DNA of 32,000 nucleotides from the NCBI GenBank assembly GCA_942492995.1, contig OW818653.1:1710001-1742000 (forward strand), read 5' to 3'. Source of the DNA: an uncultured Erysipelotrichaceae bacterium (GTDB lineage: Bacteria; Bacillota_I; Bacilli_A; Erysipelotrichales; Erysipelotrichaceae). Below are positions 1-10,009 of this stretch, piece after piece. The stretch's first letter is position 1, and each line of letters begins with the position of its first letter. Below the pieces are notes generated by a model. That model made no database searches. It was not told the origin of the DNA and saw only the letters and a list, made by a program, of their open reading frames with translations. The position numbers were made by a program, and so were the translations under genes.

Positions 1-1
1 C

Positions 2-601
2 TCGGCAATTGGATTTTATTGTTTTGTATTGATCTACATTGAATTGATTGCGTCGATGCAAGCAATGGTGTTAGGACTTGGGACTTCAGGTCGTGAATTA
101 CGTTTACGTACCTCTGAGTTTATCATTACTAAACCAGTAACCCGTCTTCAAATCATGTTTGCGAAAACAGCGTCGATTCTTGTGATTCTACTCGTCACAA
201 ACATACTTCTAACCATTACGTCATATATAGCGATAAGCCAAGTCACGTTTGATTCATTCTCAACACAATCCTTTTTGATGGTATGTCTCAGTACCTTCTT
301 ATTACAATGTGTCTTCGCATCCATGGGTATTCTATTGGGTGTAACATTTAGAAAATTACGTTCAGTTGCGCCAGTATCACTTGGAATCGTTTTTGGTTTC
401 TTCGTGGTGAATATGTTAAAGGCTATCTTTGATGATGCATGGATTCGTTATTTCTCGCCTTTCCAATTCTTTGATAAGTATTCGATTGTGCTCAAGGGTA
501 ATCTAGAAATTGAATTCTTAGTTTGGGGAATTGTATTAATCATTGGTATGACTTTAGTAGGATTTGTGTACTTTAATAAAAAAGACATCCATGCGGTGTA
601 G
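2..601 (+). CDS. ABC-2 family transporter permease (5' partial, runs off left edge)
   Basis: The frame stays open from position 2 with no upstream stop, so the TTG at 29 in the ORF track is probably internal. The protein is polytopic and hydrophobic. Motif SEFIITKPVTR matches the E-F-L-x-x-K-P-V-x-R motif of the adjacent paralog. Confidence 0.7.
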   Translation, partial: SAIGFYCFVLIYIELIASMQAMVLGLGTSGRELRLRTSEFIITKPVTRLQIMFAKTASILVILLVTNILLTITSYIAISQVTFDSFSTQSFLMVCLSTFLLQCVFASMGILLGVTFRKLRSVAPVSLGIVFGFFVVNMLKAIFDDAWIRYFSPFQFFDKYSIVLKGNLEIEFLVWGIVLIIGMTLVGFVYFNKKDIHAV

Positions 602-610
602 GAGGTCAAT

Positions 611-1411
611 ATGAACTTATTTCTTCATGAAATGAAGCAGTATTGGAAGTATTTGTTGTTCTGGGGTATTGGGATAGTCGCAATGGTAGGTGGAGGTATG
701 GGTAAATTTACTGCTCTCTATGATGCGGGTGATACATCCATTACCGACGTATTTAATCAACTTCCTAAGGCATTCCTCGCAATGTTTGGGATGGTGAATT
801 TAGAGGTCACATCATTAAGTGGTTTCTATGGAGTGATTAATTTCTATCTTGTGATAATGGGTGCGATTTTTGCGATTATCTTAGGTGCTGGTATATTGGC
901 TAAAGAAGAACGCGATAAAACAGCTGAATTCTTATTGGTAAAACCTGTTACACGTACTTGGGTACTAGGTCAAAAGCTTGCGGCTGGATTAATCTATGTT
1001 CTAGCGTTTGTAGGAATTGATTATGCGGTCTCTGTCGCGATTATTGCGAAAGTAGCGCCGAATGAAGATATATCGACCGAATTATTCTTGATGATGGTAG
1101 GATTAACATTAGTTATGTTAGCGTTCTATTGTTTATCGTTTGGATTATCTGGAGCACTTAAGAATAATACGAAAGCTTCAATGATAATGATATCTGTGAT
1201 GGGTGCGAGTTATATTGGGACGGTTATGTATGATATGATTGAAAACTCTGAATGGGTTAGACCTGCATTAATCTTTAAATACTTTCCAAATGATGAAGTA
1301 ATACGTACTTTAACTTTGGATCCAATGTATGTAGGGTTGACTGTATTATGGATTATCGTTGGATTAGCCTTAGCCTTTGTACGATTCCCACGTAGAGATT
1401 TACATATCTAA
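611..1411 (+). CDS. ABC-2 family transporter permease
   Basis: 266 aa with ~6 TM segments. Motif KEERDKTAEFLLVKPVTR is typical of ABC-2 exporter permeases. SD GGAGG lies 6 nt upstream, and the gene starts 9 nt after the previous permease. Confidence 0.75.
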   Translation: MNLFLHEMKQYWKYLLFWGIGIVAMVGGGMGKFTALYDAGDTSITDVFNQLPKAFLAMFGMVNLEVTSLSGFYGVINFYLVIMGAIFAIILGAGILAKEERDKTAEFLLVKPVTRTWVLGQKLAAGLIYVLAFVGIDYAVSVAIIAKVAPNEDISTELFLMMVGLTLVMLAFYCLSFGLSGALKNNTKASMIMISVMGASYIGTVMYDMIENSEWVRPALIFKYFPNDEVIRTLTLDPMYVGLTVLWIIVGLALAFVRFPRRDLHI

Positions 1412-1417
1412 ACAGTA

Positions 1418-1444
1418 AAATACCACTTCAATGAAGTGGTATTT
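1418..1444. terminator. Bidirectional rho-independent terminator between convergent genes
   Basis: Stem AAATACCACTTC / GAAGTGGTATTT (12 bp) with a 3-nt loop. T-runs are present on both strands. Confidence 0.8.
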
Positions 1445-1454
1445 CTTTGTTTGA

Positions 1455-2863
<1,409 letters not shown>

Positions 2864-2865
2864 CT

Positions 2866-3945
2866 CTAAATTAGATTGAAAAAGGGAAACACAAAGCCAA
2901 TAATTGCGCCAATTAGGATTAACCATGTTGGATTAACTTTCGTTTTCATTAAGAAAAAGAGCGCAATTGGAAATAACACAAATAAGGGTTGGGCAATAAA
3001 ACTAGTCCCAATCGATAATGCGACATTTGCCATTAGTGCGAGTGATGCGAGTTTAATGCCTTCTAATACAATTGATACATGTTTATTTTGACTAAGTTTC
3101 TTGAAGAATGGATGTAAGACAATAACTAATACGAAACTTGGTAAGAATATACCGATTGTTGCGACAATACCACCAGTAACTCCAAATAGCATATACCCAA
3201 TCGCAGTTGCGGTTGTAAAGACTGGACCTGGTGTAACTTGTCCAATCGCAATCGCATCCATAATTTGTGATAAGGTAAGAACTTGATACGTATCTAAGAA
3301 CTCTGTTTTAACAAATGCCAGTAAAACATAGCCACTACCATACAATACAGCCCCTATTTTAAGGAATGTCCAAAACAACATTCCCATCGTAAATGGTTCT
3401 ACGGAATACGCTTTAAAGTTTGGTGTTTTCTTTATGATATAGTAAAGAACACCTATCCCTAATAAGATTAAGATTTCACTATAGCCCATAAACGCTAAAC
3501 TAAATGCGAATATCATTAGACTAAAACTTAAACGATCTTTTAAGAGTTTACTTCCAAGATTAAATAGTACACTTACGACAATCGCCAACATGACAGGAAT
3601 AATTCCATTCATCAATGAATCGACACTTGGTAAAGATCCATAGGTTACTAAGAAATACGAAAGAATTAATACAAGTGTCATAGCAGGCACGATAAAACAA
3701 ATCCCTGCCACAAACATGCCAAGTGCACCACCATGGATATATCCGATATGCAGAGCCATCTCAGTTGAGTTAGGTCCTGGGATTAAATTGGTAAAACCGA
3801 TGAGATTAAGAAATTCATCCTTATCCAACCACTTACGTTTTTCGACAAATTCTGTCTCCATCATTGCGATATGAGCGGCTGGTCCACCAAACGCAAGGGT
3901 TCCTAATCGACTAAAGATTAGGGCTATTTCGATATATTTGTTCAT
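2866..3945 (-). CDS. chrA: Chromate transporter (CHR family)
   Basis: 359 aa polytopic protein. FGGPAAHIAMMETEFVEKRKWL and LIPGPNSTEMA are the characteristic CHR-family motifs, with the second repeat half GQVTPGPVFTTAT. Confidence 0.85.
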   Translation of the reverse strand: MNKYIEIALIFSRLGTLAFGGPAAHIAMMETEFVEKRKWLDKDEFLNLIGFTNLIPGPNSTEMALHIGYIHGGALGMFVAGICFIVPAMTLVLILSYFLVTYGSLPSVDSLMNGIIPVMLAIVVSVLFNLGSKLLKDRLSFSLMIFAFSLAFMGYSEILILLGIGVLYYIIKKTPNFKAYSVEPFTMGMLFWTFLKIGAVLYGSGYVLLAFVKTEFLDTYQVLTLSQIMDAIAIGQVTPGPVFTTATAIGYMLFGVTGGIVATIGIFLPSFVLVIVLHPFFKKLSQNKHVSIVLEGIKLASLALMANVALSIGTSFIAQPLFVLFPIALFFLMKTKVNPTWLILIGAIIGFVFPFFNLI

Positions 3946-4025
3946 GGCAATAGTATAACTTATAATTTCAAAATTTCGAAGAATTGTACTTCAAAGATTT
4001 GTTAAAGCTGATATACATAATCAAA

Positions 4026-4054
4026 CCAAAAGAAAACGGATGAATTATCCGTTT
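4026..4054 (-). terminator. Rho-independent terminator of the CoA-binding protein gene
   Basis: Stem AAACGGAT / ATCCGTTT (8 bp, 5-nt loop), followed on the minus strand by TCTTTTGG. Confidence 0.7.
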
Positions 4055-4058
4055 ATTA

Positions 4059-4445
4059 CTACAAGTAATTTCCTACAACAAGTACACATGCCTCGACAAC
4101 GCCCAATCCTAAATCTTTCGCATCTTCTAATAAATCAATTGAGATTGTACCTGGTTGAAGCCATATGGTTGGAATCCCTAAATTCTTTATCGAATCGAGA
4201 TAGTTTACTCCAATGGTAGGATTAACGACGAATACAACTAAATCAGGAACACTAGGACACTTTTCAATCGACTCATAAACGACATCTCCAAATAGAGTCT
4301 GATACTTAGGATTGATCGGATAAGCGACTTTATTCAATTGTTTAATCTTACGTACAATCTTATTCGCGTATGAATCACTGTCTGTATTTACGCCAAGCAC
4401 GGCAATGGTATGACTATTACTTAATACTTTTTTTGGATCTAGCAT
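4059..4445 (-). CDS. CoA-binding domain protein (YccU/YneT-like)
   Basis: 128 aa. IAVLGVNTDSDSYANKI and PINPKY, plus the overall size, match the small CoA-binding fold family. SD GAAGAGGTG. Confidence 0.7.
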   Translation of the reverse strand: MLDPKKVLSNSHTIAVLGVNTDSDSYANKIVRKIKQLNKVAYPINPKYQTLFGDVVYESIEKCPSVPDLVVFVVNPTIGVNYLDSIKNLGIPTIWLQPGTISIDLLEDAKDLGLGVVEACVLVVGNYL

Positions 4446-4605
4446 ATTAACACCTCTTCTTCCATGTATTGTATACTAGTAAACATTTTGAGTAAATGAA
4501 AGTACATTTAACGAATTTGTCTTAAATAGTATGAAGGATTATGCTATAGTTTTTTTGCACGGATTTATTCTTATTCGGGGTGAATGGTGTTAAAAGGGTG
4601 GGCAA

Positions 4606-5229
4606 ATGAAAAATTTACTCAAGTTATTTTTGGTTATTACGCTAGGTTTAACAGTTTCCGCATGTTCGAATCAAACTGAAGAGTATGAAACGTATGTTAG
4701 AGGAGAATGGGAAGAGACTATCTATACGAATGATTTTGTTGGATTAACATTTACGTATCCTGAAGGATTTACGTTATTAACCGACGAAGAATTAATTAAC
4801 ATGTTTGAGATTGAATTAGATGATTCAAAGTTTGATGAACAAAAAGATAACTTTGAAGAGGCGATGGAATTAGCCACAACATTCTTTGACTTTACGTTAA
4901 TGAATTATAATACAGGCGAAAACGTAATGTTGATGGTTGAAGACTTAACAAAAACAAATAGTATTGATGTCACAACAGATGTGTACATGGATTTGTTTAT
5001 TGAGAACCTAATAAGTGTTCTAGAATACAGTTATGTGATTGGTGATAAATATGATGTCGTAATTGCAGGCGAAACATATCGAGTTGTTGATGTGACAATC
5101 GAAGATATGGCAATTCAAAAAGTATATATTCGAAAGAAAAGTAAATACATGATTGCGTTGACAATGTTTGAAATTATAGGACTTGAAAATGGGACGGCTA
5201 AGGTTTTCGAAGAGCTAAAGAATAATTAA
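4606..5229 (+). CDS. Lipoprotein of unknown function
   Basis: 207 aa. Signal peptide MKNLLKLFLVITLGLTVSAC has a lipobox (VSAC). The mature part is acidic. No family recognised. Confidence 0.7.
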   Translation: MKNLLKLFLVITLGLTVSACSNQTEEYETYVRGEWEETIYTNDFVGLTFTYPEGFTLLTDEELINMFEIELDDSKFDEQKDNFEEAMELATTFFDFTLMNYNTGENVMLMVEDLTKTNSIDVTTDVYMDLFIENLISVLEYSYVIGDKYDVVIAGETYRVVDVTIEDMAIQKVYIRKKSKYMIALTMFEIIGLENGTAKVFEELKNN

Positions 5230-5243
5230 TATACGTTTATTTT

Positions 5244-5268
5244 AAAGGATACAAGCGTATCCTTTTTT
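5244..5268 (+). terminator. Rho-independent terminator
   Basis: Stem AAAGGATAC / GTATCCTTT (9 bp, loop AAGC) followed by a T-run. Confidence 0.85.
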
Positions 5269-5306
5269 AGTTATTTAGCTTATAATTAAGATAAAGATTG
5301 AAGTAA

Positions 5307-5336
5307 TTGACAAAAGTGAACACTATTCGTTATTAT
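5307..5336 (+). promoter_or_regulatory. SigA-type promoter for the degV pair
   Basis: TTGACA (5307-5312), 18-nt spacer, TATTAT (5331-5336). It sits ~22 nt upstream of the SD AGGAGG. Confidence 0.65.
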
Positions 5337-5358
5337 GTCATTACTCTAGGAGGCTATC

Positions 5359-6213
5359 ATGAGTAAAATATGTATTATAACCGATTCGTCGGTGTCTCTT
5401 TTTCCGGAAGACGCAAAAAAATTAGGAATTGAAGTTGCGCCTTTGTCCGTTATCGTAGACAATGTGGAATTCAAAGATTTTATCGATATTGGTCCAAAAC
5501 AAATTATTGAAGCACTTCAAGCTAAAAAATCATTAAAAACAGCTCAACCCAATCTAGGTTTTCTAGATGAAATGATGGAGAGAATCAAGAAAGAAAATTA
5601 TGATCATATTCTTGTGTTCTCGATCGCAAGTTATTTATCGGGTACTTTCCAAGCGTTCCGTTTAGCTGCTACCAACCATGATATTGAGAATATAACATTT
5701 GTGGATAGTCGTTCGGCGGCTGCTTCAATTCGACATGTCGCAATTAAAGCACGTGAAATGGCTGATAAAGGTGTAAGTATTGAAACTATTCTAACGTATG
5801 CGGATCGTGTATTCAAAGATTGTAAGACGTATATCTTGCCAGATAATATTGATCAACTCGTAAGAGGCGGTCGTGTTAAAGGTCCAGTCGCAGCGCTTAT
5901 CAATTTATTAAAAGTTAAATTAGGGTTATACATTGACTACAACGTAAATACAATTGAAAAATTTGATACTGCACGTACTGAGGCAAAACTCTTTACGGCA
6001 GTTATTGAAGATATGGTAAAACGTGGTGTAAGTGCTAAAACACACAAAGTATACTTCCCAGAGTGTGATGCGAGTGGTCGTATCGATTCATTCATTAAAT
6101 TGATGGATGAATCTATTCCAGGTTGCGAAACAGAAGTAATTATCCTTCCAGCAGGGGTTGCGGCTCATGTTGGACTAAATGCCTTTGGAATTCAAGCAGT
6201 TTTGAAAGATTAG
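5359..6213 (+). CDS. DegV family fatty-acid-binding protein
   Basis: 284 aa. N-terminal ICIITDSSVSL..APLSVIVDN and the length are typical of DegV/FakB. Confidence 0.85.
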   Translation: MSKICIITDSSVSLFPEDAKKLGIEVAPLSVIVDNVEFKDFIDIGPKQIIEALQAKKSLKTAQPNLGFLDEMMERIKKENYDHILVFSIASYLSGTFQAFRLAATNHDIENITFVDSRSAAASIRHVAIKAREMADKGVSIETILTYADRVFKDCKTYILPDNIDQLVRGGRVKGPVAALINLLKVKLGLYIDYNVNTIEKFDTARTEAKLFTAVIEDMVKRGVSAKTHKVYFPECDASGRIDSFIKLMDESIPGCETEVIILPAGVAAHVGLNAFGIQAVLKD

Positions 6214-6268
6214 TGATTGATGAAAGAACCTCTCAGTGATACCATAAACACAAGAGAGGTTTTTAATT

Positions 6269-7120
6269 ATGAAAGTTGCGGTCGTAACAGATAGTGCATG
6301 TGGCATGAGTCATTTGAATATCAAGATGGATGGATTGTATATGTTACCTCTTCAAATCACAGATGGTGAGAATAATTACTTTGAAGGTGAAAATATTACG
6401 AATGACCAATGTTATCAGATGATGTTCATGGGTAAACATATGAAATCATCGCAACCGTCTTTTGGTCGCATTCAAGAATTATTTACCGAATTGAAAAAAG
6501 ACTATGATCATATTTATGCCGTACCTCTTGGCAAAGGTCTTTCGAGTACATTAAACACAATGGAGCTTGTGGCTAAAGAAGTTGATGTGCCATTTACTGG
6601 AATGGATTGTTACTCCATGGCAAATATTGAACTTGTCTGTGCAGTCACAGCACGTCAATTATTTGATCAAGGGAAGAGTATTGAAGAAGTGGATAAAGTC
6701 ATCCGTGATATGGCAGAACATAGTATTACATTGATCATGGCAGAAGACTTAAAACTCTTTGCGAAGAATGGACGTACAACAGCTCTTGCCGCAACAATCG
6801 GTGGATTTCTAAATATAAAACCAGTTCTTGTGATACGTAAAGAAACTGAAGGTAGAATTGATATATTAGAGAAATTAAGAACGATTCATAAAGCATTCCA
6901 TTTTATCGTGGATGAATTTGAAAAGTTTGGGGTTAATGAAGACTATGAATTTTGTATCGGACATGCATGGAGTAAAGAAAATGCGGAATTACTGGAAAGT
7001 ATGGTTCGTGAACGTTTCCCTGATTCAAAACTCTATGTGACAGATCTTATTTGTAGTGGAGGAGTGAATGCAGGCCTTGGTTGTGTTGCGACTCAAGCAA
7101 TTCGTAAACCAAAGATTTAA
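6269..7120 (+). CDS. DegV family fatty-acid-binding protein (second tandem paralog)
   Basis: 283 aa. VAVVTDSACGM..LPLQITDGE and the sSQPS motif (KSSQPSFG) are DegV-like. Confidence 0.85.
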   Translation: MKVAVVTDSACGMSHLNIKMDGLYMLPLQITDGENNYFEGENITNDQCYQMMFMGKHMKSSQPSFGRIQELFTELKKDYDHIYAVPLGKGLSSTLNTMELVAKEVDVPFTGMDCYSMANIELVCAVTARQLFDQGKSIEEVDKVIRDMAEHSITLIMAEDLKLFAKNGRTTALAATIGGFLNIKPVLVIRKETEGRIDILEKLRTIHKAFHFIVDEFEKFGVNEDYEFCIGHAWSKENAELLESMVRERFPDSKLYVTDLICSGGVNAGLGCVATQAIRKPKI

Positions 7121-7169
7121 CTTGAGTTAAACGTCATTCCTCGTTAAAATAGGTCTAATGAGGTAAGTT

Positions 7170-7871
7170 ATGCGTCGATTTAATTTTAAAGCAGTGTATA
7201 ATTGTCGAGATATTGGTGGTTTTTTAACACAATCAAATCAAGTTGTTAGAAATAATGTTTTTGTACGAAGTGATAATTTAACCGATCTACAAACCGATGA
7301 AATGGAATTCTTACAGGCGTACGGTGTACAAGCAGTTATTGATTTTAGACATCAAAATGAAATCGATCATGCGCCAGATCCATTTGTAAATCATCCTAAT
7401 GTAGATTACTATAATATTGCGATCTTAGATCATGCACAGTTTACACTTGAAGATCTTAATCGTATTAAGCTAAGTGATTTATACATTTCAATGTCAGAAA
7501 ATAAAACGTTTATTAAACAGGTGTTTGATACATTTGCGAAGTACGATAAAGCGATTTTGTATCATTGTACAGCTGGAAAAGATAGAACAGGTGTTATTAC
7601 AGCACTACTATATAAATTAGTTGGTGTACCAGATATCGATATTATTGCGGATTATGAAGTATCGTTTACGTATCTTATCCCTAAGTATGTTGGTAGAGAT
7701 GAGAATGTTAGTGAAATGTATCAAGATTTATTCAGTTCAAAACCTGAAACGATGACTACATTTCTGAATTATTTGAACTATAAGTATCCGAACATATTGG
7801 ATTATTTTATCTCTAGAGATATCTCAATGGAAACCATTGATATCATAAAACGTAAACTATTAGGTGCGTAA
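7170..7871 (+). CDS. Protein-tyrosine-phosphatase-like protein (CX5R; Y_phosphatase3-like)
   Basis: 233 aa. The P-loop HCTAGKDRTG is present, along with N-terminal NCRDIGG and VIDFRHQNE. Paralog of 17211-17927. Confidence 0.8.
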   Translation: MRRFNFKAVYNCRDIGGFLTQSNQVVRNNVFVRSDNLTDLQTDEMEFLQAYGVQAVIDFRHQNEIDHAPDPFVNHPNVDYYNIAILDHAQFTLEDLNRIKLSDLYISMSENKTFIKQVFDTFAKYDKAILYHCTAGKDRTGVITALLYKLVGVPDIDIIADYEVSFTYLIPKYVGRDENVSEMYQDLFSSKPETMTTFLNYLNYKYPNILDYFISRDISMETIDIIKRKLLGA

Positions 7872-7879
7872 GGAGCTCT

Positions 7880-8146
7880 ATGAATCTCAGAAAAGTTTTA
7901 TTAAGCCTAGCATTGATTTTCTTTAGTATTTTGTTTTACTGTATTTTACAAACATATGCGTTATTGGATACTGCAGTTAAAGCGACTGGTGTAACACTTG
8001 CTGAATTATCAGGTAGTGGATTTAATACATTTATCGTATGGCTTCAATTCCCGCTCGTTATTTTATTAATTATTATCTTCATTTATCTAATCTTTGGGGA
8101 TAAGAGTTTAACGGCACAAGCTCAAAACGCTAAACCATTAAAGTAA
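7880..8146 (+). CDS. Small membrane protein (2 TM), unknown function
   Basis: 88 aa with two hydrophobic helices. SD AAGGAG. The gene starts 8 nt after the phosphatase stop. Confidence 0.55.
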   Translation: MNLRKVLLSLALIFFSILFYCILQTYALLDTAVKATGVTLAELSGSGFNTFIVWLQFPLVILLIIIFIYLIFGDKSLTAQAQNAKPLK

Positions 8147-8153
8147 TCAAGTT

Positions 8154-8175
8154 AACACCTGTAAAGGTGTTTTTC
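8154..8175 (+). terminator. Rho-independent terminator (modest)
   Basis: Stem AACACCT / AGGTGTT (7 bp, loop GTAA) followed by TTTT. Confidence 0.55.
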
Positions 8176-8191
8176 GATTAAAGGAGATTCA

Positions 8192-8848
8192 ATGGATAAT
8201 TTATATCAATTAAGGTCTAAGAATGATAAATCGATTAAACAACTTGATCCTGCATCAAGAGAATTAATTCGTTCTATCATGAGTAATATCAGTCAGTATG
8301 AAGTATCTCGTTATGAGTTAGAGAAGATTAAAGGGGATATTTTAGATAAAGCGCATGGTTATACAAAGCGTAATACATCGTTATTTAAAGAAGTGAAGAA
8401 TGTGAAAGCATATTGTACAAATCTAACAGAAAAGTTAAATCTAAGTAAAATAAGCATTAAGAACTTATTACTCATTGAGTACTTACCTATGATTGGTTTC
8501 TTCTTTATGTTTGTAATATTAGTCTTACACTTCTTAGGACTTTGGTTTAGTGGTAATGGTCTAATCACAAGTATTGATGTATCAGTTGGTTATCCAATCT
8601 TTATGGTAGTACAGTACTTCTCGATCGTGTATTTGTTATATCTTGAAAGACGATATTCAATTGAGAATAAATCGAAGAAAAATCTAGGCTCATTTGCGAA
8701 TATATTCCTAGTTCTTACCGTTATTCAGTTTATTTCCGATAGTCCAACACTATCAAGTACACTTATCCAATTAAATCTATTTGTGTTAGTTGGAATCTTA
8801 TTCCTATTCCTCGCATGGGTCGTATATAAAGAACTTCAAACAAATTAA
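8192..8848 (+). CDS. Paralog A: membrane protein with HAAS/DUF1129-like N-terminal helical domain and ~4 TM helices
   Basis: 218 aa. The soluble N-terminal ~85 aa end in KNVKAYCTNLTEKLN, with K-A-Y at residues 72-74. That is the same register as paralogs B, C and E. A hydrophobic C-terminal half follows. SD AAAGGAG. The gene has its own terminators on both sides. Confidence 0.7.
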   Translation: MDNLYQLRSKNDKSIKQLDPASRELIRSIMSNISQYEVSRYELEKIKGDILDKAHGYTKRNTSLFKEVKNVKAYCTNLTEKLNLSKISIKNLLLIEYLPMIGFFFMFVILVLHFLGLWFSGNGLITSIDVSVGYPIFMVVQYFSIVYLLYLERRYSIENKSKKNLGSFANIFLVLTVIQFISDSPTLSSTLIQLNLFVLVGILFLFLAWVVYKELQTN

Positions 8849-8852
8849 AACG

Positions 8853-8880
8853 ATAACTGATTCATTCAGTTATTTTTTTC
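8853..8880 (+). terminator. Rho-independent terminator
   Basis: Stem ATAACTGA / TCAGTTAT (8 bp, 5-nt loop) followed by T7. Confidence 0.8.
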
Positions 8881-8902
8881 TATACAACCCTAGATATTCT
8901 AT

Positions 8903-8913
8903 GTATAATATAC
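8903..8913 (+). promoter_or_regulatory. -10 box TATAAT embedded in palindrome GTATA-A-TATAC (candidate PadR auto-operator)
   Basis: TATAAT at 8904-8909 lies inside a perfect 11-bp palindrome at 8903-8913. Including 3 nt of flanking sequence on each side it reads TAtGTATAATATACcTA, which is imperfect. It sits ~20 nt upstream of the padR ATG. Confidence 0.45.
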
Positions 8914-8928
8914 CTAGGAGCACTAGGT

Positions 8929-9267
8929 ATGGATAAAAACTATATAGGAGCAGGTTCGAATTTATTAATATTAGGTTTAATTAGCCAAAGAGATCGTTAT
9001 GGATATGAGATTATTCGTGATTTAGAGATATTATCTGAAAACGTATTTCAATATAAAGAAGGAACACTTTATCCAATCTTACATAAGTTCGAGGCATTAG
9101 GATATGTAACATCCTATTTTAAACGTGAAAATAATAAAGAACGTAAGTATTACCAGATTACCAATACAGGACGTAAACAATTGATTATCGAGAAAGAAGA
9201 ATTTGAGCTATTTAAAAACACGTTGAGTAATGTCGTGGGGACATTTAAATATGAGTTCAGTGAGTAA
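8929..9267 (+). CDS. PadR family transcriptional regulator (short, ~110-aa subclass)
   Basis: 112 aa. LLILGLISQRDRYGYEIIRDLE ... KEGTLYPILHKFEALGYVTS ... RKYYQITNTGRKQL matches the PadR wHTH consensus. SD AGGAG. Confidence 0.9.
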   Translation: MDKNYIGAGSNLLILGLISQRDRYGYEIIRDLEILSENVFQYKEGTLYPILHKFEALGYVTSYFKRENNKERKYYQITNTGRKQLIIEKEEFELFKNTLSNVVGTFKYEFSE

Positions 9268-10009
9268 TTCATACATTAAACAGGTTTTGAAACATGTTAA
9301 GTTTTTTGTGGATCATCGTTCGATTAAACGTGAACTTAGAAGTCATATCAATGATTTAATTGAGGAACACAATTGGCAATCTCTTTCCAATGAAGAGTTA
9401 AATAATCGCATCATGGAAGAAATGGGTAATCCGGAAGATATTGGAAAAGAGTTAAATAAAATTCATCATCCTATTATCGGGTATGTTTGGGTAATTACTA
9501 GAGCAGTTTTTATTGTGATTCTATGTTTATCGCTCTATAACATATATAAATCAATTACCTTAACATCACAAAGCAGTCTTAATAAATCGGATGAAAATCT
9601 TGATATTAAAAGTATGCTTTATGCGATTGGATACACAAAGGGTGAAGATTTATCGAATGTAAAGTATAGGGATTGGGATATTCGAGAAGTAGTTGAGATT
9701 GATAATACTATATTAATTTTTGAAAGAGTCTTATTGCTTGAAAATGATAATTTAGTTCTTTTATATCGAACAGACGGAAAATTTAATCTGTTTAATCAAT
9801 ACAGTAATATTTTTATGTATAAATCTTTAAAACTTAATCTAAACGATAATAAAGAATATCCTCAAGATATTAATGTTCAAATGTGGATGAATGATTTAGC
9901 GATCATCTATTTTACAGGTGTACCATATGAAACTAAATCAATTAATTTGAATTTTGAACAAGTTAGTGAAGCATTTAATCTAAGTATTAATGGGGATAAT
10001 TATGAATAA
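9251..10009 (+). CDS. Single-pass membrane protein with DUF1700/HAAS-like N-terminal helical domain and ~150-aa extracytoplasmic domain
   Basis: N-terminal region IKRELRSHINDLIEEH...EELNNRIMEEMGNPEDIGKEL resembles the helical module commonly encoded next to PadR genes. One TM helix follows (IIGYVWVITRAVFIVILCLSLY). I prefer the start at ATG 9251: the SD-like GGGGA lies 9 nt upstream, and the gene then overlaps the padR end by 17 nt. The track ORF begins at 9230. Confidence 0.7.
   Translation: MSSVSNSYIKQVLKHVKFFVDHRSIKRELRSHINDLIEEHNWQSLSNEELNNRIMEEMGNPEDIGKELNKIHHPIIGYVWVITRAVFIVILCLSLYNIYKSITLTSQSSLNKSDENLDIKSMLYAIGYTKGEDLSNVKYRDWDIREVVEIDNTILIFERVLLLENDNLVLLYRTDGKFNLFNQYSNIFMYKSLKLNLNDNKEYPQDINVQMWMNDLAIIYFTGVPYETKSINLNFEQVSEAFNLSINGDNYE

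Noticed and set aside
3946-3975. Possible leaderless mRNA for chrA (TATACT 6 nt before the ATG, no SD); the MFS gene is similar (TACAAT at 30997-31002, ATGs at 31001 and 31010, no SD)
   Set aside because: The -35 elements are poor, and in DNA this AT-rich a -10-like hexamer next to a start codon is expected by chance. This is not supportable without transcription start mapping.
6227-6265. Hairpin AACCTCTC-N19-GAGAGGTT plus T-run between the two degV genes, sequestering the second gene's SD
   Set aside because: The 19-nt loop and short stem make it a weak structure. It could be a partial terminator, but nothing else suggests regulation. Noted only.
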